Positions 52,134-61,462 of a stretch of 61,462 nucleotides of DNA are shown here, piece after piece (position 1 is the first letter of the stretch; the number at the start of each line of letters is the position of its first letter). Source of the stretch: a virus (taxonomy: Duplodnaviria; Caudoviricetes); the IMG/VR virus record IMGVR_UViG_3300034168_000141, positions 1 through 61,462 of that record. The stretch is one strand, 5' to 3'. A program made the position numbers and the translations under genes. The notes under the pieces are model-generated. The model had not been told where the DNA came from. It was given only the letters and a program-made list of their open reading frames with translations, and searched no databases.

Positions 52134-54029
52134 TTATCCTCCTAATCGTGATTGGTTTTGAATTAACTGTTGTGCTTCTAAGTTGCTTGACACTTGACCG
52201 CCTAAGACGTACGCTTGCAATGGTGGTTGTTGGTTGGGTTGCTGACTGATAAAGTCGTAGTTAGCAGGGGAAGGTGCTGTTGTTCCACCACTTGCGCTTG
52301 GTACACTTCCACCGCCACCACCACCACTTGTTCCACTTGTTCCTTGAAATTGTTGTTTGCTTATAATGGCGACACGCGCAAGACCTTGTGCTATTGCTAT
52401 TCCTGCTGCTATTGCTGCACGAACAGGTGCGTCTGGTGTACTAATAGCCATTTGCGAACGATACGCTCCTTGTGCGGCAAGATATGTGTCTATGGTAGCT
52501 GTTGCTATACTTACACCCTTTTGTATTGCAAATGCTTTCTTCTGTTGCGCTTCAGACTTTCCTGCAAATGCCGCTGCTAAATCTCCAATGATTGATAAAG
52601 ACGTTTTTAATGCGTCAACGCGAAGTTGTGCTTTTGCTGCTTCCGCTTGTCTTAATTCTTCAAGTTCTTCTTGTGTATGTATAGATTTTAAGGCGGTAAG
52701 ATTTGCATGTGACTGCATTTCGGCAAGAAGTTTTGCATCTGCTTTTTTCTTTTCTCTTGCCTTTAAATCTTCGTAGCTAATAGATGCCATTCTATCATCT
52801 TCAGCCATCATTTCGTCGTTTAATTTTTTACGACGTTCTAACTCATCTTTATCTGATTGTTCTTGCAAACGTTTCTTTTCATCTTCTTCTTTTTCTCTTG
52901 CAGTTTTTGCTGCTTTAGTTCTTTCATGAATTGCTTTTACTTCGGTGTCAATAGTAGCTAATACCGCAGAAGATGCTTCTTGTTCAAGATATGCTATTCT
53001 TTGAGTAGATTCTTCTAAATCTAAAGCAGCTTTTCCTATTCCTTCTGTACCATTGTACCATTCACTTATATTTTGGTTTGTTTCTTTAAATAATGTTTGT
53101 GTATTAAATCTTGCTGTTTCTACTGCTTTATCAAATTCTTGTTGAGTTAATTTTCCTTTTTTAGCAGCAAGTTCTTGTTCTAACGCTATTTTCTTTGCAT
53201 ATTCTTGTTCTAATAATCCTTTTGCTGCATTTGCTTTTGCTTCTTTTTTTATGTTGTCAATTAACTTTACTTTTGCTGCATTTAACGCTTCTGTATCGTT
53301 AATATCTCCATTGATATTTGAGAAGTATGCTGGATACATATCTTCTAAATCACTCAATGCTTTTCTTCTTTCTTTTTCTGTTAAATTATGGTCTTGAACT
53401 CTTTGAGTTAATATCTCAATTTGAGCAATATTTTCTGCTCCTTTTGCAAGTTCTTGTTTTGTTGCTTCATTTAAATCATTAGTAACTCTTGTAAGATTTT
53501 GTTGTTCTATTGAAGTTTGTTTTGACCATGTAGCAATTTCTTTCCAATTGTAAGCAATAGCAGCTAAAACACCAACAGTTAAAAAGAAAGGATTAGATAC
53601 AACAGAAGCAGCAAGATTTCCTAAACCTTTAACTAATCCTCCTACTTCTTCTTTAATTGTTTTAAAATCTATTTTTCGAACCGCTGTTCCCATTCCTGTA
53701 AGCGCTTGTCCTGCGCCTTTCAAGTCCAAGTCCATAAGACGTGAACCGAACAAACCAACGTTGTTAGAAAGACCTTCGAAGGCGTTACCAGCGTTAGCAC
53801 TAATCTCTGCGCCTAAGTCGGAAATGTTGTCCTTCAACTCAGCAGCACGTGCAGACGCTTTTTTGAACGCGTCGCTCGTTTGATCCATCGTGAGCAACTG
53901 ATTATTCAGCGCACGAAGTTCAGCCTTTGCGCTCTTGAATCCTGTCGCCGTATTGTCCGCAGCGTTTGCGGTTTGGTTGAGGATATTAACCGCATTTGTG
54001 CTTACGTTGAAATCTATTGTATTCGCCAT
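52134..54029 (-). CDS. Tape measure protein
   Basis: Ends homologous to 20113..22281. Confidence 0.7.
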   Translation of the reverse strand: MANTIDFNVSTNAVNILNQTANAADNTATGFKSAKAELRALNNQLLTMDQTSDAFKKASARAAELKDNISDLGAEISANAGNAFEGLSNNVGLFGSRLMDLDLKGAGQALTGMGTAVRKIDFKTIKEEVGGLVKGLGNLAASVVSNPFFLTVGVLAAIAYNWKEIATWSKQTSIEQQNLTRVTNDLNEATKQELAKGAENIAQIEILTQRVQDHNLTEKERRKALSDLEDMYPAYFSNINGDINDTEALNAAKVKLIDNIKKEAKANAAKGLLEQEYAKKIALEQELAAKKGKLTQQEFDKAVETARFNTQTLFKETNQNISEWYNGTEGIGKAALDLEESTQRIAYLEQEASSAVLATIDTEVKAIHERTKAAKTAREKEEDEKKRLQEQSDKDELERRKKLNDEMMAEDDRMASISYEDLKAREKKKADAKLLAEMQSHANLTALKSIHTQEELEELRQAEAAKAQLRVDALKTSLSIIGDLAAAFAGKSEAQQKKAFAIQKGVSIATATIDTYLAAQGAYRSQMAISTPDAPVRAAIAAGIAIAQGLARVAIISKQQFQGTSGTSGGGGGGSVPSASGGTTAPSPANYDFISQQPNQQPPLQAYVLGGQVSSNLEAQQLIQNQSRLGG

Positions 54030-54235
54030 TATGAGAGTAGTTTATAAAGTATAAATATCCAAAACGCTACGTTTAACGAAATACGTGTCACTTTCCAAGC
54101 GTAGTGCTTCCACATTTCCAACTTACGTTTGCCGTTAGCCATTATTCCGCTCTCGCCTTTTGTCTTGATATTCAACTTAATGAACTCTAAACAAGCGACC
54201 ATTGAGTGTGCTTTATTTTGAAAATTATTTATCAT
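54029..54235 (-). CDS. Small membrane protein
   Basis: C-terminal TM; syntenic with 22281..22478. Confidence 0.6.
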   Translation of the reverse strand: MINNFQNKAHSMVACLEFIKLNIKTKGESGIMANGKRKLEMWKHYAWKVTRISLNVAFWIFILYKLLS

Positions 54236-57084
54236 GCTCTTTCGATTATTGCGTTAACAACAGACGCTGTATTTGCGGTGAAAGCAATAGCACTTCCAAC
54301 CGCTATATTGTTTCCTAAAGTATAAGCACTTCCGTCGTCGGTAATGGTTACAACAGGACTATTCTTTACGTTGTCAATCTTGTTAATGATTAAGTCGTAA
54401 GGAGCGAAAACGGTAGCCGTTAAACTGCTCATGAAGTCAATAGTCCACGTTATCGTGTTGTCGTTTTCGCTATCAATCTTCCAGTTGCTGCCGTCGCTCA
54501 CCAAAGTCACGACACTACCGCTTGTTTTTATTGTGTACGTTATTGCGCTTTCAATCTTTTGCCCTGTGTATGCGTGAAGCGTTGCGCCATAATCGTCGCT
54601 TGCTAATTTTATGCTGATGATTGTCCCTCTCGTTGTTTGTGCAGAAGGAAGGTAAACATCAATATCTGCGGCTAAGTCAGTAAGTAAAATCGTTCTGTCG
54701 AAATTAGTCACTACATAATCGGTACTTATTGACCTTACTGGCTGCGATACCGACGCGTTAAAGCTCACAGGCGCACCGAAGCGTGTTGGTGCTAACGTTG
54801 GTGCTTCTGCCGTAATGAATGAACGTGTGCCGATGTTTGGAACAGAGAAACAATTATTCTTCGCAGAGTTCCAATAGTAGCCAAAGCGACGACAACAATC
54901 TTCGGTGACTACCGCAGGATCTCCGTTTGGTGTTTCCCAATTTATTGTTTGGTCAAGATTGGCGGTGATAGGTAAAATGTCGCAGTCGTTGTCTATGTCC
55001 AAAATACGAATAAGTTTTACCTTTGTCATGTTTTGCTCACCTACAACGTAGCCTTCGATGTCTAACACTCTCCACCATGAATCAACAATCCATATTTTAT
55101 CTGACCATTGAAAAGTAAATATGTCGTTTAGTGTTAGTGCAAACATACCCTCTAATATGCGCGCTTGTCCGTCGTATAACTCGCGGTAATAGTTACGCCA
55201 CCAACGGTTGTAAAGGTTGTTGTATGGGGGCGCTATGATTGTGTGAAGTGGTACTTCGGGTGCAAAGTTTAAGTCTGAATCTCCGACACTTGCGTTCATT
55301 GTCGAATAGTTATTCAAACACTTAACAGCCGTTTGCACTACTGTATTTGTAACCTCATCGTACATATTCACGAAGAAGTCAGCGAAGTAATAAAGTATGC
55401 GTGGTTTTGGTTGCACGAATTGACCTTCGCCATTGATGAAACGAGGAACTACAACGTCAGTATTCTCAACCGCCCGTGAAGGTGTTGGTGCAAATGCTAA
55501 CTCAACCTTTTCTTCTCCAGTTGCAAACTCGTTGATTACTTCAAAGTCGTTCTCCGTTACTTCGTAGCTTCCGAAGATATGACCGTTGTCTTTGTAGACG
55601 TTGTTGTAATAGTCTGAATCTTCGGTGTACGTGAAGGTGAACTTAGCCTTTTGAAGGTCGGTTGTTGGATAGTACGTTATGTCTTTTGAAAGGTCGAGTT
55701 TCTCCGTCCAATCTAACGTGTTACCGCTTCCGATATATTCAACAAGTGGTTCAATGCGTAATGTGTTTGGAAGTGTGCGGTCGGGAACGAAGGCAAGGTT
55801 GAACATCTTTTGAATAGACGTGATAAAGTCTATTTGCTTCATGTCTGGAGCGTTGTATTCCATAACACACGCATCACCTGTTAAAGATGTTCCAATGCTT
55901 ACAATTTCCAATCCTGTTCCAAAAGAATCTACTGCTCCCGTTCCGAATAAATCAACGTCCCAAGTAAATGTTCCTGCGGTTGAATCTTGTGGAAGTATTT
56001 GCAACTTGAATTTTACTTGTTGTCCTGCATTAAATGCAAAAGTTTGCGTTGTATCTAAATAAAACAAATAACTTGTTTGAAGCAATTCGTAGTCATAAGT
56101 AAACACATCGTCAACATAAACCAAAACACGCAAAGGATAGTTTCCAAAATCCTCTCCATTCAAAGTATTTACTCTGCCGTGAGCAGTAATGCGAAAAGAG
56201 TATTGTGCGGAATATGGAACAGTAAATACTCCAGCACTCCAATTTGCACCTGCATCTTCATATTCAGTTAGTGCGCTGTATAAATTATAAATGTTGTTTG
56301 AAGGTGCAAATGTTAATCCGTTAACGTTAGACGCTACTGCTAAATTTGCAGCGTTATCGTTTAGCCCAAGTGTTGCGTTCAAATACTGACCATTGACAAA
56401 TGGAACATACACGTGTTCAAGACATTCGGTCAATGTATTACTTGCCCATTGAACTCCTGCGTCTTTAAGTATCTCGTCGAACAGATATTGAGCCCTCACG
56501 GCAGGTGTCAAGTGTCCTACTTTAAGCGAATTAGGAATATCAGAAGAATAAATTACTTGTCCCTCTGTGTTTGTTGCTGTTAAGTTCCACTTATCGCAAA
56601 GCGTCAATATCGTGTGTGCGTTAGGCGGTGTTCCCACGTTAGCGTGAAGCAAGTCGTAGTCCAAGTCACCTGCAACGATGCTCTCAATATCGCGTAGTTT
56701 CTTTTCATTTAATAAACGTGAAAGGTTAGGTACTTCACCGAAGAAAACAACTTCAAATTCAAACAATTTTCCACTCTGCCAATAAAGTTTTTTCACTTGA
56801 ATGTGACCACTTGCTATTGGGATAGTGTTAACCGTTAAGTTCGCAGTCACCTTCTTACGGAAGTCAAACCACCCGTTGAAGTTAACGTTGAAGATAGCAC
56901 CGAAGAAGTCTACGTTTGTCGCGCTTGCTGGTATGCGAAACTCCTGCGAGTAGTTACCGACAGAACTAAAGTTCGTGAGATCCGTGAACTTATAGTTGAG
57001 GTGCATTTTCTCATTCTCGTAAAGGTCAATCGTTGACGCGTTGCCGTTGCTATCGGTCAGCGTTAGTATTACTTCGTTCATCAT
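54232..57084 (-). CDS. Large minor tail / tail tip protein
   Basis: Homologue 22475..25546. Confidence 0.7.
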   Translation of the reverse strand: MMNEVILTLTDSNGNASTIDLYENEKMHLNYKFTDLTNFSSVGNYSQEFRIPASATNVDFFGAIFNVNFNGWFDFRKKVTANLTVNTIPIASGHIQVKKLYWQSGKLFEFEVVFFGEVPNLSRLLNEKKLRDIESIVAGDLDYDLLHANVGTPPNAHTILTLCDKWNLTATNTEGQVIYSSDIPNSLKVGHLTPAVRAQYLFDEILKDAGVQWASNTLTECLEHVYVPFVNGQYLNATLGLNDNAANLAVASNVNGLTFAPSNNIYNLYSALTEYEDAGANWSAGVFTVPYSAQYSFRITAHGRVNTLNGEDFGNYPLRVLVYVDDVFTYDYELLQTSYLFYLDTTQTFAFNAGQQVKFKLQILPQDSTAGTFTWDVDLFGTGAVDSFGTGLEIVSIGTSLTGDACVMEYNAPDMKQIDFITSIQKMFNLAFVPDRTLPNTLRIEPLVEYIGSGNTLDWTEKLDLSKDITYYPTTDLQKAKFTFTYTEDSDYYNNVYKDNGHIFGSYEVTENDFEVINEFATGEEKVELAFAPTPSRAVENTDVVVPRFINGEGQFVQPKPRILYYFADFFVNMYDEVTNTVVQTAVKCLNNYSTMNASVGDSDLNFAPEVPLHTIIAPPYNNLYNRWWRNYYRELYDGQARILEGMFALTLNDIFTFQWSDKIWIVDSWWRVLDIEGYVVGEQNMTKVKLIRILDIDNDCDILPITANLDQTINWETPNGDPAVVTEDCCRRFGYYWNSAKNNCFSVPNIGTRSFITAEAPTLAPTRFGAPVSFNASVSQPVRSISTDYVVTNFDRTILLTDLAADIDVYLPSAQTTRGTIISIKLASDDYGATLHAYTGQKIESAITYTIKTSGSVVTLVSDGSNWKIDSENDNTITWTIDFMSSLTATVFAPYDLIINKIDNVKNSPVVTITDDGSAYTLGNNIAVGSAIAFTANTASVVNAIIERA

Positions 57085-58316
57085 AAGCCAACAGGTTGTG
57101 AGTATTTAAGGTTCAAAGTAACGTTGTAAAGTTTCGAATATCTTTCGTCCTTGATAACAAAGTTTTGAGTGTCGACAAGAACAGGTGTCAGCGTTGCGTC
57201 GTCGTTGATTATAAACACGTCGTTGGAACGACAAAGCGTTTGCAATAATTCAAACTCTCCAACGGAAACCCAGTCGCTATTTATTTGTAGTCCTTTCGTT
57301 GTCTTAACGTAGCGGTCGGTTGTTCCCCTGTCCCATGTGTTGAATGAAAACGTTGCAGCGTTGTATTGACCTACTACTTTTTGGTATTGTTTGCGGTCGT
57401 AGTTATACGATAGTTCCGACTTCTTCGTGAAGTTGAAGTAATCCACACCGCCGCAAGTGTTTGTCCAACCCAAACGCACGTTGTCAAAGCGACAATCATC
57501 AGCGACAATATAAAAACAATAGACGCGTGAAGCAGGTGTGTAAACGGGGAAGGCAATTTCTTTTCCAAATTGTATTGTGTAGTATTTAGCACCTGTCAAG
57601 TCTATTCCTGTCGCAGCGACGTTTTGATAAAATGCAGCTACTATGTTAACAACAGAATCATTGTTGCCTATTGCAATTGATATTGTATCAATCAAAGTAT
57701 TTGTGTTGTCGTAGGTCGTAATTACGGCAATGTCGAAGTCATTATCTATAAGCAATGTGGTATAAGAAGGAGCGTACAAAACACCGTAGTCAGCTAATCG
57801 AGTAGGAATATAAACCCAATCGTTAGATAGTCCGCGTGCGCTTGCTTCAATCCATTTGTGCGTATCTGTTGTGCGTTCACTCATTGCGTATTTCGTGATG
57901 CCGTCTAACGCGTAACGTGTGTTTGGGTTTGGTTTATATCCGTCGCTTACTTGATATTCAGCAAGGAAAGCAAAAACGTCGTCAATGTCAGCCATTCCTG
58001 CGCCACTAACGGTGAACACTCCGTCAATCAACCAACCTTCTTTTATTGTGCATGAGATAAACGCTACGCTGGTGTTCTCTGTTCCTGTTGTTTGGAAGTG
58101 TTCGTTCGCTTCGTGTTGTAGTTGCTCACGAAATATCGGAGCAAGGTCTAAAATACCTTTGTTTGAAGCGTTAGGTTGCACGTTGACTTGGAACGCACCG
58201 AAGTCAAACACAAAACGAAAGCCTGTATTTGCGACGTTGGTTGAACTGCACACGATCATCAGCCGTTGTCCGATAGGTGTGTATTGGTATGGTTGTTCGT
58301 TTATTGTAATTGCCAT
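57081..58316 (-). CDS. Minor tail protein (distal-tail-like)
   Basis: RLGWTNTCGGVDYFNFTK. Confidence 0.6.
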   Translation of the reverse strand: MAITINEQPYQYTPIGQRLMIVCSSTNVANTGFRFVFDFGAFQVNVQPNASNKGILDLAPIFREQLQHEANEHFQTTGTENTSVAFISCTIKEGWLIDGVFTVSGAGMADIDDVFAFLAEYQVSDGYKPNPNTRYALDGITKYAMSERTTDTHKWIEASARGLSNDWVYIPTRLADYGVLYAPSYTTLLIDNDFDIAVITTYDNTNTLIDTISIAIGNNDSVVNIVAAFYQNVAATGIDLTGAKYYTIQFGKEIAFPVYTPASRVYCFYIVADDCRFDNVRLGWTNTCGGVDYFNFTKKSELSYNYDRKQYQKVVGQYNAATFSFNTWDRGTTDRYVKTTKGLQINSDWVSVGEFELLQTLCRSNDVFIINDDATLTPVLVDTQNFVIKDERYSKLYNVTLNLKYSQPVGL

Positions 58317-58321
58317 ATTTG

Positions 58322-58924
58322 TTAAATGTCTTTTAGTTGGTTTTCTAAAACTGCGTTAAAGTCTTTTCCGTATGCTTCGACCACCTTCGCTTCGTACTCG
58401 TCCCAAATGTTTTCAAAGGCATATTCAAATGCGTTCCACCCCTTGATACCGTCACGACGAACCTTGAACATAATGAGTTTCGCAACCTGTTGTTTTAAGT
58501 CCTCTGTTGATTTCTTAAACTTTCCGCTACTCTTATCGCGTAGTCGTATTCCCTTAATTGTCATCCAGTCGTAGATGCTTTTCTGCATTGGCGACATTTG
58601 ACCTTTCGCAGGTTTGCTTCCGCTTCCTTTCTTAAATGAGTAGGGTGCGCCTTGCGACTTGCTCGTTCCATTCACACCCTTTTCACGAAACAGGAAGTAT
58701 TGTCCTGCCTTGCCTTTTGCGTACACCGCGACGTTTATCTCTTTGCCTTTAATCTTCAATCGATAAGTTAACGACTTTTCAAGCGTACCACTTGCTACCG
58801 CGTTGGTGAAGTTGCGTCCCACCTTTCGCTTCATGCGATAGTCGGACTGCATCAACTCAACAAAGCGTTTCGCCATGTCGTTGACCACAGCGAAGAAGTT
58901 GGGTGCGCTCTGTTCGTTAGGCAT
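58322..58924 (-). CDS. Putative tail completion protein
   Basis: Homologue 26832..27455. Confidence 0.5.
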   Translation of the reverse strand: MPNEQSAPNFFAVVNDMAKRFVELMQSDYRMKRKVGRNFTNAVASGTLEKSLTYRLKIKGKEINVAVYAKGKAGQYFLFREKGVNGTSKSQGAPYSFKKGSGSKPAKGQMSPMQKSIYDWMTIKGIRLRDKSSGKFKKSTEDLKQQVAKLIMFKVRRDGIKGWNAFEYAFENIWDEYEAKVVEAYGKDFNAVLENQLKDI

Positions 58925-59147
58925 TAGCTTTTAATGCTTCAACAAATAAATTAATATCTGTATATTTTGAATCGTTAATAGTACAAGAAAGGTCAAGTAA
59001 GATTAAGCCACTTGTGGTTGAGATTAATGCTTGACTGCTGCTTATTATTTCATTTTCTCCTTCGAAAGTATATTCGATTGAATTGAAAATAAATCCGTTT
59101 TGTGTTGTTTCTATATTCATATTAAATATATTTAGTTGCCCTTGCAA
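58917..59147 (-). CDS. Small fibre-partner protein, copy 2
   Basis: LLDLSCTINDSKYTDINLF; paralogue of 59840..60139; probable start at MNIETT. Confidence 0.65.
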   Translation of the reverse strand: MQGQLNIFNMNIETTQNGFIFNSIEYTFEGENEIISSSQALISTTSGLILLDLSCTINDSKYTDINLFVEALKANA

Positions 59148-59847
59148 ATTTAATCACTGCGCTATCACTTGAATTAGTTAATTGAATTGAAAATAATAAA
59201 TAATATGATGTATTTGTATTGTATGTTATATTACTAACACTTCCAGCAATACTAAAATCTCCCAAAGTCGCTGTATTTGCTTGAATAGTGCTTAAAGTAT
59301 TACTCTTTATACTCATATTTCTTATGGATTGAAAAAATTGAGAATTAGTATTTACTAATGTAGCTATCAATGTTGCTCCTGTTATAGTATTTGATGTATT
59401 CAAATAAATGCGGATTGCAGCGTTTCCTGCGCTACCTGTTTTTAACGCTCTTGTTATTATTTCAAGCATTCCGCTTGTGGTAAAAGTATTTGCAGCAATT
59501 AACATTGATTTAGACAACGTATCTGCGGTTGTTCCCGTTACAACTGTGCCGTCAGTTATATCTAATGAAATGACTGACGGATTACTGCTTCCACCAACTA
59601 CTAAATCACCACTTCCTAAAACCGAACTTCCATTAATGGTTTTGATGTTAGTACCACTAACAAGAGCTGCCTGTTTTGCGTTGAAGGTAGCCCAATCCGT
59701 AGCCGATAAATAACCGTCAACCAAACTGGTAGCAGCAGGCATACTGATAGCAGGTGTCGCTCCACCTGACGACACAACAGGTGCTGTCCCTGTTACGGAA
59801 GTTACACCACTCGCAGCCGCTGCTTTTATGTAGACGTTGTTAACCAT
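59122..59847 (-). CDS. Short second fibre protein
   Basis: LVSGTNIKTINGSSVLGSGDLVVGGSSNPS plus C-terminal domain paralogous to that of 60141..61421. Confidence 0.7.
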   Translation of the reverse strand: MVNNVYIKAAAASGVTSVTGTAPVVSSGGATPAISMPAATSLVDGYLSATDWATFNAKQAALVSGTNIKTINGSSVLGSGDLVVGGSSNPSVISLDITDGTVVTGTTADTLSKSMLIAANTFTTSGMLEIITRALKTGSAGNAAIRIYLNTSNTITGATLIATLVNTNSQFFQSIRNMSIKSNTLSTIQANTATLGDFSIAGSVSNITYNTNTSYYLLFSIQLTNSSDSAVIKFARATKYI

Positions 59848-60139
59848 TTGTTTTCAGTCGCTTCAGTTCCTCAAACATCTCAAGAAGTTGCGCTTCTTTT
59901 TGCGCTATTAATTCCTCTTGCGTTGGTTCTTTAATTATTTCAACAATTCCTAACGCACTAATAAAATTATTAATATCGGTAAATGATACATCTTGAATTG
60001 TACAAGACAAATCTAATAACACATTACCTTTGTCAGTGTATGCCAATATTTGTGTGCTATTTAAGATTTCAATTGAACTTAAAATATAATCATTTTCTTT
60101 GAAGAAAATAATATTGTTTGGTTTAATTACTATATTCAT
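59840..60139 (-). CDS. Small fibre-partner protein, copy 1
   Basis: LLDLSCTIQDVSFTDINNF. Confidence 0.65.
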   Translation of the reverse strand: MNIVIKPNNIIFFKENDYILSSIEILNSTQILAYTDKGNVLLDLSCTIQDVSFTDINNFISALGIVEIIKEPTQEELIAQKEAQLLEMFEELKRLKTNG

Positions 60140-60140
60140 G

Positions 60141-61462
60141 TTAAAAGTATTTTGTTAATAAAGCTGCTTCAGTTCTTGCGGTATCACCTCCACCCACTGT
60201 TCTTATACAAAACAACAAATAATTATCAACAGTTGTATTGAATGGTGTTGTCATCATTTGATCTGCAACGAAATCTGTAAGTTGAGCTCCAGTAGTCCCA
60301 AAGTAACATAAATTACCAGCTGTTAAATGAAAATTTCGTGTAAGAGTTGCATAAGTTTGAGTCGTGCCTATTGTCGGACAAGCTGCTACTATAATTGCTC
60401 CTGATAAACTATTTGATGTGTTTAGAAAAGCAGAACCAGTAATACCACTTGCAGCACCTGTAATTCTTTTTACTTTGTAAATAACTTCTAACATAGAATT
60501 ACTTGTTAATGTGTTTGCAGGTATTAAAACTGACAAACTAATTATTTGAGTAAATGGAGTACCAACAGTTGCACCACCTGTTGTATTTATATAAACTGTT
60601 GAGGGATTACTGCTTCCACCTCCTCCTACTACTAAATCCCCACTACCAAGCAACGAGTTGCCGTTAATAGTCTTGATGTTAGTACCGCTAACGAGTAGAT
60701 CTTGCTTGCCATTAAACGTTGTCCAATCCGCAGAACTTAATGCGCCTCTATTGGCTGCGCTTGCTGTTGGAAGGTTAAACGTATGCGTACTTGTCGCTGA
60801 TGAGATACCGAAGTCAGTGCCACTCGTTCCAGTTGCGAAGTTCTGCACCTGTGCCGTTAAGCCATTCAATGCAGTAACACCTGTTGAGAAGGTAGTAATG
60901 ACTTGACAAAGATGACTATTTTCAGTATGAAGTGTAATCGTTCTGCCTGAGTGCGTAACGTAGATTCTTATTGCTAACCTATCCGTTACCGTTAACACTG
61001 TTTGCGGTACTGCTAATGCACTAACGTAAAGGTGTATTGCCGTTCCGTTGGTGATGCCTTCGGGAGTAGCCGAGTTAGACGCTATCAAAGACAATGTTGC
61101 TCCATCCCATTTGTATAACTCAATATAAAATGAAGGAGTGCCACCGCTACTTGATGCGCTGAAATATGTTTCAAAGTTCCAATTTCCTCCAGGTATCTCT
61201 AATAGATTTGGAACATTCGCATCTGTAATAAAAGACTGAATGTAACCATCTGCTGCTATTGTGAAATCTGTTCCTGCACCTAAGATAGGCACTCTGTCCA
61301 TTTCCTTAAACGCTACACCGCCAAATGTTCCTTGTGCTACTGATCCGTTGAGGTAAAATGTTAAAGAAGAACCACCGCCTGATGAAGCAGGGAAGTTAGC
61401 CAAGCTACCATCACCTCTCACATATTGTGATACAGTACCTGCTCCTGTAACCGCTATATCTC
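60141..61462 (-). CDS. Fibre protein, 3' part (5' part lies across the circular junction)
   Basis: Frame is open to the window end and continuous with 1..1712; the track's start at 61421 is an internal Val. Confidence 0.85.
   Translation of the reverse strand, partial: DIAVTGAGTVSQYVRGDGSLANFPASSGGGSSLTFYLNGSVAQGTFGGVAFKEMDRVPILGAGTDFTIAADGYIQSFITDANVPNLLEIPGGNWNFETYFSASSSGGTPSFYIELYKWDGATLSLIASNSATPEGITNGTAIHLYVSALAVPQTVLTVTDRLAIRIYVTHSGRTITLHTENSHLCQVITTFSTGVTALNGLTAQVQNFATGTSGTDFGISSATSTHTFNLPTASAANRGALSSADWTTFNGKQDLLVSGTNIKTINGNSLLGSGDLVVGGGGSSNPSTVYINTTGGATVGTPFTQIISLSVLIPANTLTSNSMLEVIYKVKRITGAASGITGSAFLNTSNSLSGAIIVAACPTIGTTQTYATLTRNFHLTAGNLCYFGTTGAQLTDFVADQMMTTPFNTTVDNYLLFCIRTVGGGDTARTEAALLTKYF
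60687..61462 (+). repeat. Shared fibre-gene segment, copy 2 (continues across the origin to 179)
   Basis: Near-identical to 30446-31221. Confidence 0.95.
61357..61462 (+). repeat. Terminal direct repeat, right copy
   Basis: Identical to 1-106. Confidence 0.97.

Larger units (their letters stand above)
31116..61356. mobile_element. Phage genome B (related to A, divergent); complete circle by itself
   Basis: Second full homologous gene set; visibly richer in CG-containing words; bounded by copies of the same repeat at 31116 and 61357. Confidence 0.9.

Noticed and set aside
49455-60906. Plus-strand ORFs over B's structural genes (e.g. 49455..49895, 50757..51116, 52357..52776, 57985..58359)
   Set aside because: Antisense shadows without start signals or homologues in A.
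1-61462. A single 61 kb phage with a whole-genome duplication
   Set aside because: The halves are too divergent, differ in composition, have non-homologous lysin, TerS and SSB, and each closes into its own circle.
1-61462. Stop-codon reassignment
   Set aside because: Standard code 11 gives dense, full-length genes, and TAA, TAG and TGA all end conserved genes.

Overview
The window is not one 61 kb genome. It is two complete, distantly related ~30 kb tailed-phage genomes joined head-to-tail: A at about 1-31115 and B at about 31116-61356. They meet at a shared ~850 bp segment inside a fibre gene, which contains a 140 bp identical core. The window ends in a 106 bp direct repeat of its start, so it is a circular, figure-of-eight contig; an assembly chimera is the simplest reading, but a real cointegrate is not excluded. 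Each half has its own large terminase, portal, prohead protease, scaffold, capsid, tail tube, tape measure, sigma-like factor, VRR-NUC nuclease, DnaA-domain-IV protein, metallophosphoesterase and lysis cassette. TAnnTTTG promoters and A-rich, SD-less start regions point to Bacteroidota (Flavobacterium-like) hosts. No integrase, polymerase, primase, reverse transcriptase, CRISPR array or tRNA was recognised. Comparing the two halves reveals conserved elements the ORF track misses: (1) a promoter-sRNA-terminator cassette whose core is complementary to early-gene start regions; (2) a covarying small RNA in which the 5' end can pair with its terminator loop; (3) a ~50 aa protein ending in acidic-CLYCGS, like the redox tail of ribonucleotide reductase; (4) a T9 -1 frameshift in the tail-chaperone-like gene; (5) an A10 run at the same domain junction in both portals; (6) an L,D-transpeptidase-like protein in A occupying the slot of B's lysozyme. 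All calls come from manual reading and motif recognition, with no database searches.
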